32,000 nt of DNA from an uncultured archaeon (GCA_964354495.1 CAYHAA010000002.1:120001-152000); one strand, 5' to 3'; shown: positions 1 through 8,635, counted from the first letter of the stretch. Notes: generated by a model not told the origin, from the letters alone. A program made the numbers and translations.

Positions 1-131
1 CGGATCAGTACCATGCTCAAGTCTTCGAAGTATCAGCAAAGACAGGGGAGGGTGTAAGCCAGATGTTCGAGGCAGCAGGCAAAGTTCTCTCAGAGCGAAG
101 CACTAAAACTAGTTCCGGAGTTGAACACTGA
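1..131 (+). CDS. 3' end of a Ras-superfamily (Rab-like) small GTPase, partial, running off the left edge
   Basis: The frame starting at nt 3 reads DQYHAQVFEVSAKTGEGVSQMFEAAGKVLSERSTKTSSGVEH* (TGA 129-131). FEVSAKTGEGV is a G5 (ExSAK) motif followed by the terminal helix. It is not in the ORF track because it is truncated. Confidence 0.8.
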   Translation, partial: DQYHAQVFEVSAKTGEGVSQMFEAAGKVLSERSTKTSSGVEH

Positions 132-227
132 GTCAATCCTGAATCGATTTGTACGCAGTATCATTAAATATCGCCTAGTATTCCTTAATCAAGGACCACT
201 AGCAGATCGCAAGACGGAGACCTAGGC

Positions 228-488
228 TTGGCAAAAGTGAAACTCAGACCGTTTGCTTGTCCCTCCTGTGGGCAAGGCAAACTGGTCTATGTGGAAGTCG
301 ATGAATTGACTATCACAAGAGCGAAACGGTTTCCAACCATCGTGCAAGCCAAGTGTGGAAAGGGCCATCCTTTGGTTGTCTTTGTCGATGCGAACTTTCA
401 AGTTCGAGATGTCGAAGCTTCAGCTGTGGCGACGGAAGAGGAAAAAGACGCAGTCGAGAAGACAAAGGGCTGGTTCGAGTCATTCTAG
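228..488 (+). CDS. Small zinc-binding protein (CxxC...C-x3-H), function unknown
   Basis: TTG start with GGAGAC upstream. CPSC (C11, C14) and CGKGH (C43, H47), beta-rich core LVVFVDANFQVRDVE, acidic then aromatic C-tail. Confidence 0.75.
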   Translation: MAKVKLRPFACPSCGQGKLVYVEVDELTITRAKRFPTIVQAKCGKGHPLVVFVDANFQVRDVEASAVATEEEKDAVEKTKGWFESF

Positions 489-653
489 TCGTGAGATGCT
501 ACGAGGTTCAAGAGGCAGTGGAAAACGAATGGCATGTGCCACTACGTGGGCATTTCGTTGCTTACGAATGGAAGTCTAGTGTTACGCTCGGACTCGAACA
601 CGAAGCTCCATGGTGCAGACGTGGATAGCACATGGTAACGGGGACTAAACACG

Positions 654-1088
654 ATGTATGGAATCTTCGTCATCAATGATGCGGGTGAAACAATCGCTTC
701 CGTAGGATGGGAGAACCTCGAAGGCGACACGGCACTTATTGGTGGATTTGTCTCGGCACTACAGATGTTCATCAAGAAGATTTCCGGAAACGAGATGAAC
801 GAACTCCTTTTTGGCGAACTCAAGTTGCTTATCGGAAAAGCTGGAGACAACTATATTGTGACACTGCACTCGGTTGATGACAAAGAAGCCAAAGCCCACA
901 ATCGAGAGGTCATCAAATTCGTCACTGAACGGGGTGACGAGATCGATGACGGTGTTCTCATCTTGGTCAACGAGATGATATCCGGTGAAACTACTCCTGA
1001 GGAAGAAGAGAAGGTGCGTCGCGGCGTACGCGAATGGACAAGCGGAGCAGGTACGGCTGCAAAAGAGTGGGGAAAGAAGGTGTTTTAG
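654..1088 (+). CDS. Longin-like (longin/roadblock-type) domain protein
   Basis: The pattern beta-beta (YGIFVINDAGETIAS), helix (LIGGFVSALQMFIKKIS), beta-beta-beta (MNELLFGELKLLIGKAGDNYIVTLHS), helix is the longin topology, followed by a C-terminal extension. The fold is assigned by eye. Confidence 0.65.
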   Translation: MYGIFVINDAGETIASVGWENLEGDTALIGGFVSALQMFIKKISGNEMNELLFGELKLLIGKAGDNYIVTLHSVDDKEAKAHNREVIKFVTERGDEIDDGVLILVNEMISGETTPEEEEKVRRGVREWTSGAGTAAKEWGKKVF

Positions 1089-1100
1089 GAGGACAAGTTC

Positions 1101-2516
1101 ATGGAAGTATACGAGATAGCATATGTGTTTCTTGGACTGGCAACATTAGTGGCCGCTGGAACCATTATTAACTATAGTCACAAGAGATCCGTAGCATCTC
1201 CGGACCCTGAGATTAAGAAAGCCTTCAGACCGCTCTATATCTTCGCCATCGGTCTAATCGTTTTTGGAATTGGAGCTCTGCTTACATTCCTCGTGCGCAA
1301 CAATCAGATTTTCCCATGGGATGATACTTCTTTCGTCAGATTGCATAATCCGTACCTGAGATATTACACGATATTCTATGTATTCACTCTTGTTGAGTTG
1401 TTCTTCCTGACTATCGCAGCTGCGATGATTCTGAAACAATGGTTGATTTCTGTATTCATGGCCATTATGATTCTTATTGCGTTTCTTCTAATCTTCAATG
1501 CTGTTCTAATCGTCGAAGACATGAGAACAAGCAATGTGGCGGAATTCTATATCAATTTTGGTAACGTATTGAGTATAATTCTGCTATCTGCAAATGCTGC
1601 CCTTTTTTCATGGATAGCAAATGATACAAGAAGGAGCACTAGCATGGCATTGGGCTACGCTATGATTGTGCAAGTCCTAGCAGTTCCACGTTTCTATGCA
1701 ATACTGCCAACAGAACTGATATTCGCAATTACTGTCTTCGCACTTATGGGTCCAGCAATGATTGCTTTTGCGTTTCTGCGGCCGGACCAGAAGATATCAG
1801 TTGAACTCCTTGGTTATGGCGCCAGCTTTGCTGGGCCGGTTGTCATCTTCGCCAGTCTCATTTCGGCAGAACTTATCTCTAATCCCTTTATTGTTATTAT
1901 AGCAGTATTTGGAGCAATAGCTATTGCCTTGGCGACTGGAACAGCTTCATACGCCTATGGCAGGTGGAGAGAGACTCGTCAGCTGCCTACAGCATTACTG
2001 ATGGTCATCTTCGCAGCTATAGCGGCAGGACAAATGATTGGCATGTTGGGTACCTTTCAGGTACTGCCGAACCTATGGTCAATTTACTTTGATTTTGCCG
2101 TGACTTCCTTTGCACTGGCTGTTTTCACATCTGTGGGAATCATGGCAGCCGGATATCGCACCTTGGCGTCATTACCCCTACTAGTCTATCTGCCAACAGC
2201 GATACTCATTACTCAACGCTTTCCGAATTCAATCAGCCAGGCGTTTCTTGATTACGCCTATCTCGCAATTCCGGCGATGCTGTTCTTCTTCGTACCAGTG
2301 TTCCTTTTTGCAGGAGCTTGGAGGAGAATGAAGAAAGCTGGAACTGCTGGGAGAATGAGACCACTGGGGATGTCGGTTGGATTATTGCTGTTCTTAATAA
2401 TCAGAGTCGCTTCTCTTCTCGCCGACATTCAATTTGGAGATCCTGGTTACGGATTGGTGGCAATTGCGCTTGCAGTCCTCTGGTTGTCAATCACTGGCAG
2501 ACTCGATAGATACTAG
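1101..2516 (+). CDS. Polytopic membrane protein, about 15 TM helices, apparent internal duplication of a 7TM unit
   Basis: 471 aa, GGAGG SD at 1088-1092, starts 12 nt after the longin stop. About 15 hydrophobic segments counted by eye, with short loops and no soluble domain. Confidence 0.85.
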   Translation: MEVYEIAYVFLGLATLVAAGTIINYSHKRSVASPDPEIKKAFRPLYIFAIGLIVFGIGALLTFLVRNNQIFPWDDTSFVRLHNPYLRYYTIFYVFTLVELFFLTIAAAMILKQWLISVFMAIMILIAFLLIFNAVLIVEDMRTSNVAEFYINFGNVLSIILLSANAALFSWIANDTRRSTSMALGYAMIVQVLAVPRFYAILPTELIFAITVFALMGPAMIAFAFLRPDQKISVELLGYGASFAGPVVIFASLISAELISNPFIVIIAVFGAIAIALATGTASYAYGRWRETRQLPTALLMVIFAAIAAGQMIGMLGTFQVLPNLWSIYFDFAVTSFALAVFTSVGIMAAGYRTLASLPLLVYLPTAILITQRFPNSISQAFLDYAYLAIPAMLFFFVPVFLFAGAWRRMKKAGTAGRMRPLGMSVGLLLFLIIRVASLLADIQFGDPGYGLVAIALAVLWLSITGRLDRY

Positions 2517-2634
2517 TACGAAGCATAGTGCCGTTCTGTCTCTCATGACTTGGATGGCGTGATAGCCTGCACTCATCTTTCAGAGAACTCTAGAAACAAA
2601 CGTATTTCTACTCTAATATGAGAGAAAGTATGCT

Positions 2635-3402
2635 ATGCAATTCGAGAGTATCGTCATCAGAGTCTTTGATGCTGATTTCATGTTCTTCGACCTTGCATTG
2701 ACCGGGCTCTGGATTCTTCTACTCTACAAGAAGGGTCTCATAGTACCGTTACTATTCGGCTTCTTTGGAATCTTAGTGAATTTCATCGTTGACTATTTCT
2801 ACTGGTACAGCATTCTTGGCATTCGAACAGTTGAGGGGTTGCCAAGTTGGATGTCGCCATTGGGTTTTTTCGTGTACTTCTCAATCACATATGGCATGAT
2901 ACAATACTCATATGTCCAGGTCATGTTCATACGTAGACCTGAGCAACCAAGGACTGAAAGGGAAAATCGAATAAAGTGGTCACTATTCCTCTTCACAGGT
3001 TGGCTTGCAATAGGTCTTCTATCGAACGTTATCCCAATCAACGATTCCGAAGTGACAGTAGCACGAGTCATGACGGAACAACGAATCACTGAGGTCTATG
3101 CTGTCATTGCTGAATACGCTCTATTGTTCCTACTAGCAGTCAAGAAGAAATTCGAACTGAGTCCTAAGCGGATGTTGTATGTTTTTCTTGTCGGTATCTT
3201 TGTTCACTTCTCCATGGAGATTACTCTTGTACTGTCTGGAATGAGGGCATCAAGCGTCTTTGACATTCTCTTCAATAGCGTCTTTGAGTTCAACACCGGA
3301 ACACCAATCCTCTATCTCATGATGTTTGCACTCATCTCCTGCGTTGAGAAACTCAAAAAGAGGACTCCTCAGGGCTTACCGACAGAGTCTAGGAGACATT
3401 GA
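2635..3402 (+). CDS. Hypothetical membrane protein (about 6-7 TM) with weak internal two-fold repeat
   Basis: 255 aa, hydrophobic. The repeat is LLLYKKG...FGFFGILVNFIVDY versus LLAVKKK...VFLVGIFVHFSMEI. Confidence 0.8.
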   Translation: MQFESIVIRVFDADFMFFDLALTGLWILLLYKKGLIVPLLFGFFGILVNFIVDYFYWYSILGIRTVEGLPSWMSPLGFFVYFSITYGMIQYSYVQVMFIRRPEQPRTERENRIKWSLFLFTGWLAIGLLSNVIPINDSEVTVARVMTEQRITEVYAVIAEYALLFLLAVKKKFELSPKRMLYVFLVGIFVHFSMEITLVLSGMRASSVFDILFNSVFEFNTGTPILYLMMFALISCVEKLKKRTPQGLPTESRRH

Positions 3403-3499
3403 AATCTTTACTCATGAGCTGGGACTCACAATCAGCTGCAGAAGACACTCTAGACAGAGGAATAGGACAGATGACGACTGAGTGAAATCCATCTCGGTA

Positions 3500-6133
3500 T
3501 CAGTCCCTGAAATCTTGATTCTCATATTCATTGGGATCGGCATCAAAGGTTGTCTTGCAGTATGGGCTGCAGAAGTAGTACTTCTTCCCCTTGTACTCAC
3601 TAGTCAGTGATGCGCTGGCAATCTCGACATCCATCTTACATATTGGGTCTATCGCTACTTTGGGTACATTCGGCACAGTCTGTTTCTCTCCCGGAACATC
3701 AACTATGTCTTTTGGTTCAAAACGCCCAAGTAGTAGAGCATTAGATACAACGCTCACACTTGACAGTGCCATTGCGAGACCCGCGAACTCAGGTCGAAGC
3801 GCAAGTCCAGTGAATGGAAAGAAGACACCTGCTGCGACGGGCACCAAAATCATGTTGTAAATGAGGGCCCAGAAGAAACCTTGGCGGATCTTTGAAACAG
3901 TTCTTCGACCCAGCTCAATACCTGATACGACATCGGTCAGTTCATTGCGAACCAGGACTATGTCACCAGTTTCGACTGAAACATCGGTCCCCGAACCAAG
4001 AGCTATTCCGACATCTGCCTGAGCAAGAGCAGGAGCGTCATTGACACCGTCTCCTACAAAGGCCACTGTCTTGCCCTCATCTTGAAGTCTTTTGACATTC
4101 TCAGCTTTCTCGCTTGGAAGAACCTCGAAGAGGACGTTGGAAATACCAAGTCTCTCAGCAATTGCGTATGCTGTTCGCTTCTTGTCTCCTGTTATCATCC
4201 ATATCTCTATGCCAAGTTGCTTCAACGCATCGATGGCATACGTTGAGCTTGACTTTAACGGATCAGATATTGCAGCAAGAGCCAATGCACTCGAATCTGC
4301 CGCAGCAAAGACCGTTGTCTTGGCTTGTTTTTCTAGCTCCTCTGCGTGAGTTTCAAGCTGGCTGATATCCACTCCGTTTTCGTTCATGAAACGACTGCTG
4401 CCCACAAGAACTGTTATTCCATTGATTATCGAAGTCACACCCCGGCCAGAATGCGATTGAAATTCCATCGGTTTTGTAATATGAACATCCATCTCCTCTG
4501 CATAGCGCACAATTGCCTCAGCAAGGGGATGCTCACTTCCTTTCTCAACAGAAGCCATGAGCGCGAGCGCGTCCTCGCTCTTCACTTTCGGTGCCGTGAT
4601 GAAGTCAGTCACAGCAGGTCGTCCAATGGTCAGAGTTCCTGTCTTATCGAAGACAATCGTATCAATGTTAGGAATTGTCTCTAGCCCTGCTCCATTCTTA
4701 ATGAGAATACCATTCTGAGCCCCCTTCCCAAGGCCGACCATGATTGCAGTTGGTGTCGCAAGACCCAATGCACAAGGACATGCTGCGACAATGACAGCAG
4801 TTGTGAAATTGAGGGCAACGTCCCAAGTTACACCGCCCAAGAATACCCATCCAAGAAATGTAGCCAACCCGATTATGAGAACAATTGGCACAAAGTACTC
4901 TGCTATAGCATCAGCTTTCCGTTGAATTGGAGGTTTTTGTGTTTGGGCCTCCTCGACTAAACGGACTATCTGTGAGAGTGCAGTGTCTTGTCCGACCTTC
5001 GTAGCTCTAATCCGGAGCAAGCCGTTCTTGTTAATTGTAGCTCCGATCACCTGGTCGCCAATATTCTTCTCCACCGGAATTGATTCACCAGTGATCATCG
5101 ACTCATCAACCGATGACTTGCCTTCAGAGACTTGACCATCAACAGGGATTTTGTCGCCAGGTTTGATGACCAATAGATCCCCGACTTCAACATCCTCTGC
5201 TGGGATGGTAACCTCCTCCCCATTCCTAATAACCACAGCAACTGTGGCTTGAAGGTCCATTAGACTACGTATCGCTATTGAGGTTCTTCCTTTCGCATAT
5301 GCCTCTAGCCACCTGCCAAGAAGAATGAAGGTGATTAGCGCAGCTGATGTATCATAGAACGACATGTAGCCCGTGAGAAAGAATGTTGCAGCCACTGAAT
5401 AGAAATATGCAACACTCGTTCCAAGCATGATGAGAGTATCCATGTTCGTCTTGCCATGAACTAGTGCTCTGAAACTGGACCGATAGAATGGATAACCTGC
5501 AATGAACTGAATCGGTGTCGCAAGAATGAACATGATCAGGTCCAAAGGAAGTCCGGCGGGAAGGAGTGCACTTCCGAAAGTCATGAACATAATCGGAATA
5601 GTGAGAATGAGCGCGAAGACAAACCGGTATTTGAAATACTTAATCTCTTCTTCCCTTGCAAGGGTCTCCCTATCGACACCCGAAACTGTACTTTCTCCAA
5701 TTTCGAATCCTAATGAATGCAATTGGCGGCGCACAATCTTGGGAGTCAATAGGTCTTCATCATACTCTACAAGGACACGGCCTGACTCCGAGTATGTACT
5801 CACTGATATTGCACCAGTAAGAGCTTCTATCGACTCAGCAATCCCATTCCATTGGCCATCTCTGGGAGCAGGCTCAAGCGTGAGAGTCATCACAGAGCGT
5901 TTTGCGCGGTAGCCGCTGGATTCGACAGCTCTCTCCAATGCGGATCTGTCAGTCTTCGCTGACTCGAACTCAACCACTGCCTTCTCATCCAAGAGGCTGA
6001 CTGTTGCATGTATGACTCCATCCTGACTCATCAGCGATTTCTCAACGGTAGCTACACAAGATGCACAATGCATGCCTTCAATCTTCATGGATATGCGTTC
6101 TTTGCCATCACCGACTGTAGTCTGCGCGCTCAT
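3500..6133 (-). CDS. copA: Cu(I)-transporting P1B-type ATPase with N-terminal HMA domain and C-terminal YHS/TRASH domain
   Basis: GMHCASC metal-binding domain, TGES, CPC in TM6, DKTGT phosphorylation site, [12 protein letters not shown] and MALSS Cu(I) ligands, and C-terminal DPICKMDV...YYFCSPYC. Start set at ATG 6133 because the GTG at 6145 lies within the GGTGG SD. Confidence 0.97.
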   Translation of the reverse strand: MSAQTTVGDGKERISMKIEGMHCASCVATVEKSLMSQDGVIHATVSLLDEKAVVEFESAKTDRSALERAVESSGYRAKRSVMTLTLEPAPRDGQWNGIAESIEALTGAISVSTYSESGRVLVEYDEDLLTPKIVRRQLHSLGFEIGESTVSGVDRETLAREEEIKYFKYRFVFALILTIPIMFMTFGSALLPAGLPLDLIMFILATPIQFIAGYPFYRSSFRALVHGKTNMDTLIMLGTSVAYFYSVAATFFLTGYMSFYDTSAALITFILLGRWLEAYAKGRTSIAIRSLMDLQATVAVVIRNGEEVTIPAEDVEVGDLLVIKPGDKIPVDGQVSEGKSSVDESMITGESIPVEKNIGDQVIGATINKNGLLRIRATKVGQDTALSQIVRLVEEAQTQKPPIQRKADAIAEYFVPIVLIIGLATFLGWVFLGGVTWDVALNFTTAVIVAACPCALGLATPTAIMVGLGKGAQNGILIKNGAGLETIPNIDTIVFDKTGTLTIGRPAVTDFITAPKVKSEDALALMASVEKGSEHPLAEAIVRYAEEMDVHITKPMEFQSHSGRGVTSIINGITVLVGSSRFMNENGVDISQLETHAEELEKQAKTTVFAAADSSALALAAISDPLKSSSTYAIDALKQLGIEIWMITGDKKRTAYAIAERLGISNVLFEVLPSEKAENVKRLQDEGKTVAFVGDGVNDAPALAQADVGIALGSGTDVSVETGDIVLVRNELTDVVSGIELGRRTVSKIRQGFFWALIYNMILVPVAAGVFFPFTGLALRPEFAGLAMALSSVSVVSNALLLGRFEPKDIVDVPGEKQTVPNVPKVAIDPICKMDVEIASASLTSEYKGKKYYFCSPYCKTTFDADPNEYENQDFRD

Positions 6134-6186
6134 GATATCGTCCACCTAAAGCACAGCAAATAAACAATAGTTAATACCATATGCGC

Positions 6187-6194
6187 TTTATAAA
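6187..6194 (-). promoter_or_regulatory. Putative TATA box for copA
   Basis: TTTATAAA about 54 nt upstream of the ATG in a short AT-rich intergenic region. Confidence 0.5.
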
Positions 6195-6224
6195 TCCTAG
6201 GATGCTGCCATGAAAACGCAGCCA

Positions 6225-6830
6225 TCATCCAATGAAGAAGTCGCTCTCCTTCTTCCCCTCAGCCTCGTCCATCAAGCGCAATAGCTCTGTGAAAGCATCT
6301 TGGATCCCATCTCCGGTCTTGGCACTGGTTTCGCGAAAGATAGCGGGAACTCCAAGTTTGTTAATGAAGTACTTAGTGAAGTCCTTGCCCTCCTCAGTTG
6401 TCACATACTTGGACTTGTCAAGTGAATACCGCAGGTCTGTCTTGTTTCCAATAATGACAGTGGGTGGCAATGGACCCATATTCTTGAAAGCCTCAACTAG
6501 CCACTTGGAGGCATTCTCGAACGTTGACCGATTCACTACTGAGTATACCAACAGAATGCCATTGCAGCCCGAATAATAGTGGCCTCTGACTTTCTCGAAT
6601 GTTGGCTGACCAGCAAGATCCCAAATGATGAATTTTACGATATCCTGGTTAAACAAGACCCGCTTTGTCGCCAAGTCAACACCAATCGTAGCAATGTGAC
6701 CTTCAATGAACTCCTCGCCAAGATAGTTGCGGCGGATACTAGTTTTGCCAACTGCGCCGTCCCCTATGAGAACTGCCTTCAAAATTATGCTGCCATCATC
6801 TTGGTCCTTCACTATACGGTACCCTCGCAT
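6225..6830 (-). CDS. Rab-like small GTPase
   Basis: G1 GDGAVGKT, G2 ATIGVDL, G3 WDLAGQ, G4 NKTD and G5 ETSAK are all present, with RabF-like segments IGVDL, KFIIW, YYSGC and LVYSV. Confidence 0.95.
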   Translation of the reverse strand: MRGYRIVKDQDDGSIILKAVLIGDGAVGKTSIRRNYLGEEFIEGHIATIGVDLATKRVLFNQDIVKFIIWDLAGQPTFEKVRGHYYSGCNGILLVYSVVNRSTFENASKWLVEAFKNMGPLPPTVIIGNKTDLRYSLDKSKYVTTEEGKDFTKYFINKLGVPAIFRETSAKTGDGIQDAFTELLRLMDEAEGKKESDFFIG

Positions 6831-6953
6831 TCATAGAATCGTGGGCTTTCATTTGCATTGGGTTGGTAAGAACCTCCCAATTCCACGCGTTACAATACTT
6901 CATGGCCTCACGCAAATAAGGTTAGCGATATGATAGGTTCGGATATGTCATTG

Positions 6954-7421
6954 TTACACCTGATCCACAGGATTCATCGAAGGATCTTGTTCATCTTCGG
7001 TAGTTTTCTTCGGATTCTTGGAATCAAGTCCTTCATACCTTCTATTGAATCGCCTTAATCCAATGTACAGAAGCCAGTAGACCCCCGCCATAAGCAGAAT
7101 AGGCGGAAAATGCCAGAGGACAATGAAGCTGAATGTCGAAATCGAGAGAGGAGTCCCTTCGTAAACATAAGTTGTTAGTCGCAGCTCATCTCCGCCAGTA
7201 AGTTTGACAAGGATGGAAAAACTGTAGAAAAATGTGGCCACATACATATCCCATCCAGCATCATTCACGTCCTCTTTATCGATAACGAACTGAGCAACTA
7301 CTCTTGCCTCATCACCTACTGCGGTCCATGGATTGTTTATTGTCATTTCACCAGTATAATTTGTTTCTGTCATCACTGTTGCCTGGAATACCAGCTCCTG
7401 AAAATCAGCAACAGATCCCAC
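6954..7421 (-). CDS. Hypothetical protein with C-terminal TM anchor; 5' end uncertain, possibly a truncated remnant
   Basis: Beta-rich segment, then TM FIVLWHFPPILLMAGVYWLLYIGL, then RRFNRR. The frame stays open to nt 7547 with no further ATG/GTG/TTG, and there is no signal peptide. Confidence 0.55.
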   Translation of the reverse strand: MGSVADFQELVFQATVMTETNYTGEMTINNPWTAVGDEARVVAQFVIDKEDVNDAGWDMYVATFFYSFSILVKLTGGDELRLTTYVYEGTPLSISTFSFIVLWHFPPILLMAGVYWLLYIGLRRFNRRYEGLDSKNPKKTTEDEQDPSMNPVDQV

Positions 7422-7503
7422 TTCAAGAAGCCTTAGAACAAAGTATAATTCTGAAACGGAATCAGTTGTCCAAAAATCATAGTGAAATGAGGGCGGATCA
7501 AGA

Positions 7504-8532
7504 ATGAGAATGCTGCTATTCGTGGGTGTCTTGGTAGCGATATTGCTCTATTCGATTGGATTTGATGGGACGTACATGTCAGATGACATAGAATCAGTGA
7601 GCAATTCAAGGCCCAGTCAAACCTACACACCTCATGCTCCGATGGTCATAGACTCCAACGATGATTTTGCCAGTGAAGGTTGGTCGGGGGGAGGAATTCA
7701 AGGCAATCCCTATACGATTGAGTGGCTCGAATTCACAAGCGCAATTGACGAAGCATGCATAAGTATAAGCATGACAACCGCTTGGTTCAGAATTCGGTAC
7801 TGCTGTTTTGCTCCAACCGATTTTGCTTATGCTGTTACCCTATGGAATGTTTCAAATGGTGAAATCCTGCATTGCATTACAGCTGAACCTGCAGGGATTA
7901 TCTCAGTCGGCCTGTCCTCAGACATTCAGCTAGGACAGCTAGAATTACATGGAACATGCATAATCATGGAGTACTCCTGGATGTGTAGTGTTTCAGAGTG
8001 TAATACCTATTACGCGCCTGGAGATGGCGTGTTTTTCAATGGTTGCAGTCAAATGACAGTTGAAGGATGCGAAATCTCGTTTTCCACAGCAGCTGGAATC
8101 TCTCTAGCAGATACAGGATATTCATCATTTCTTGACAACATCATCTATGAGAATTCTATGGAACCGATATTCATCACTGGGACCTCTTCCGAAAATCAAA
8201 TTTACAATAATGAGATTCATTTAGTTTCTTACTGGGAAGCCAAGGATGACGGAGTCACTAACTACTGGGACAATGGTGTGTCTATAGGGAATATGTGGTC
8301 GGATTATGATGGGACTGGCTATTACTACGTCCCCGGTTCAGCCGGGTCCATTGACCATTATCCAAGAGTGATATCTTCGACTACAAATACAACGAATACT
8401 TCACCGGGACCTGCAGAGGTCTTGATAACAACTTGGGCACCAATGGATATGTCAGTGAGGGTCATACTGGCAGTGTCAATTGGAATGCTATATGGCGCTC
8501 TCGTTATCATAATCATCAAACGACTCAGGTAA
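7504..8532 (+). CDS. Secreted, membrane-anchored right-handed beta-helix (NosD/pectin-lyase-like) surface protein
   Basis: N-terminal signal peptide, cap TPHAPMVIDSNDDF...GNPYTIE, beta-helix repeats (FLDNIIYEN, QIYNNEI), end cap GNMWSDYDGTGYYYVPGSAGSIDHYP, Thr-rich linker and C-terminal TM plus KRLR. Confidence 0.8.
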   Translation: MRMLLFVGVLVAILLYSIGFDGTYMSDDIESVSNSRPSQTYTPHAPMVIDSNDDFASEGWSGGGIQGNPYTIEWLEFTSAIDEACISISMTTAWFRIRYCCFAPTDFAYAVTLWNVSNGEILHCITAEPAGIISVGLSSDIQLGQLELHGTCIIMEYSWMCSVSECNTYYAPGDGVFFNGCSQMTVEGCEISFSTAAGISLADTGYSSFLDNIIYENSMEPIFITGTSSENQIYNNEIHLVSYWEAKDDGVTNYWDNGVSIGNMWSDYDGTGYYYVPGSAGSIDHYPRVISSTTNTTNTSPGPAEVLITTWAPMDMSVRVILAVSIGMLYGALVIIIIKRLR

Positions 8533-8635
8533 AGAAACAGCTGCATTCATTCTTCATTCATTGACATCAACAGGTCCTGAAGGAGCAGGGTCGTTTTCGC
8601 TGAAGTGACGGAAAGAAGAGATGTCCGTTGAATGT

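Noticed and set aside
353-850. ORF-track entries 353..628, 355..579 and 542..850
   Set aside because: Overlapping or antisense shadows of the better-supported genes 228..488 and 654..1088, with no motifs.
1074-1088. C-terminal KKVF of the longin-like protein matches the eukaryotic KKxx ER-retrieval signal
   Set aside because: KKxx works on cytosolic tails of membrane proteins and this protein has no TM. A 4-aa match is expected by chance.
8544-8562. CATTCATT direct repeat between convergent genes
   Set aside because: Two copies of a low-complexity 8-mer are too short to call a repeat element or terminator.
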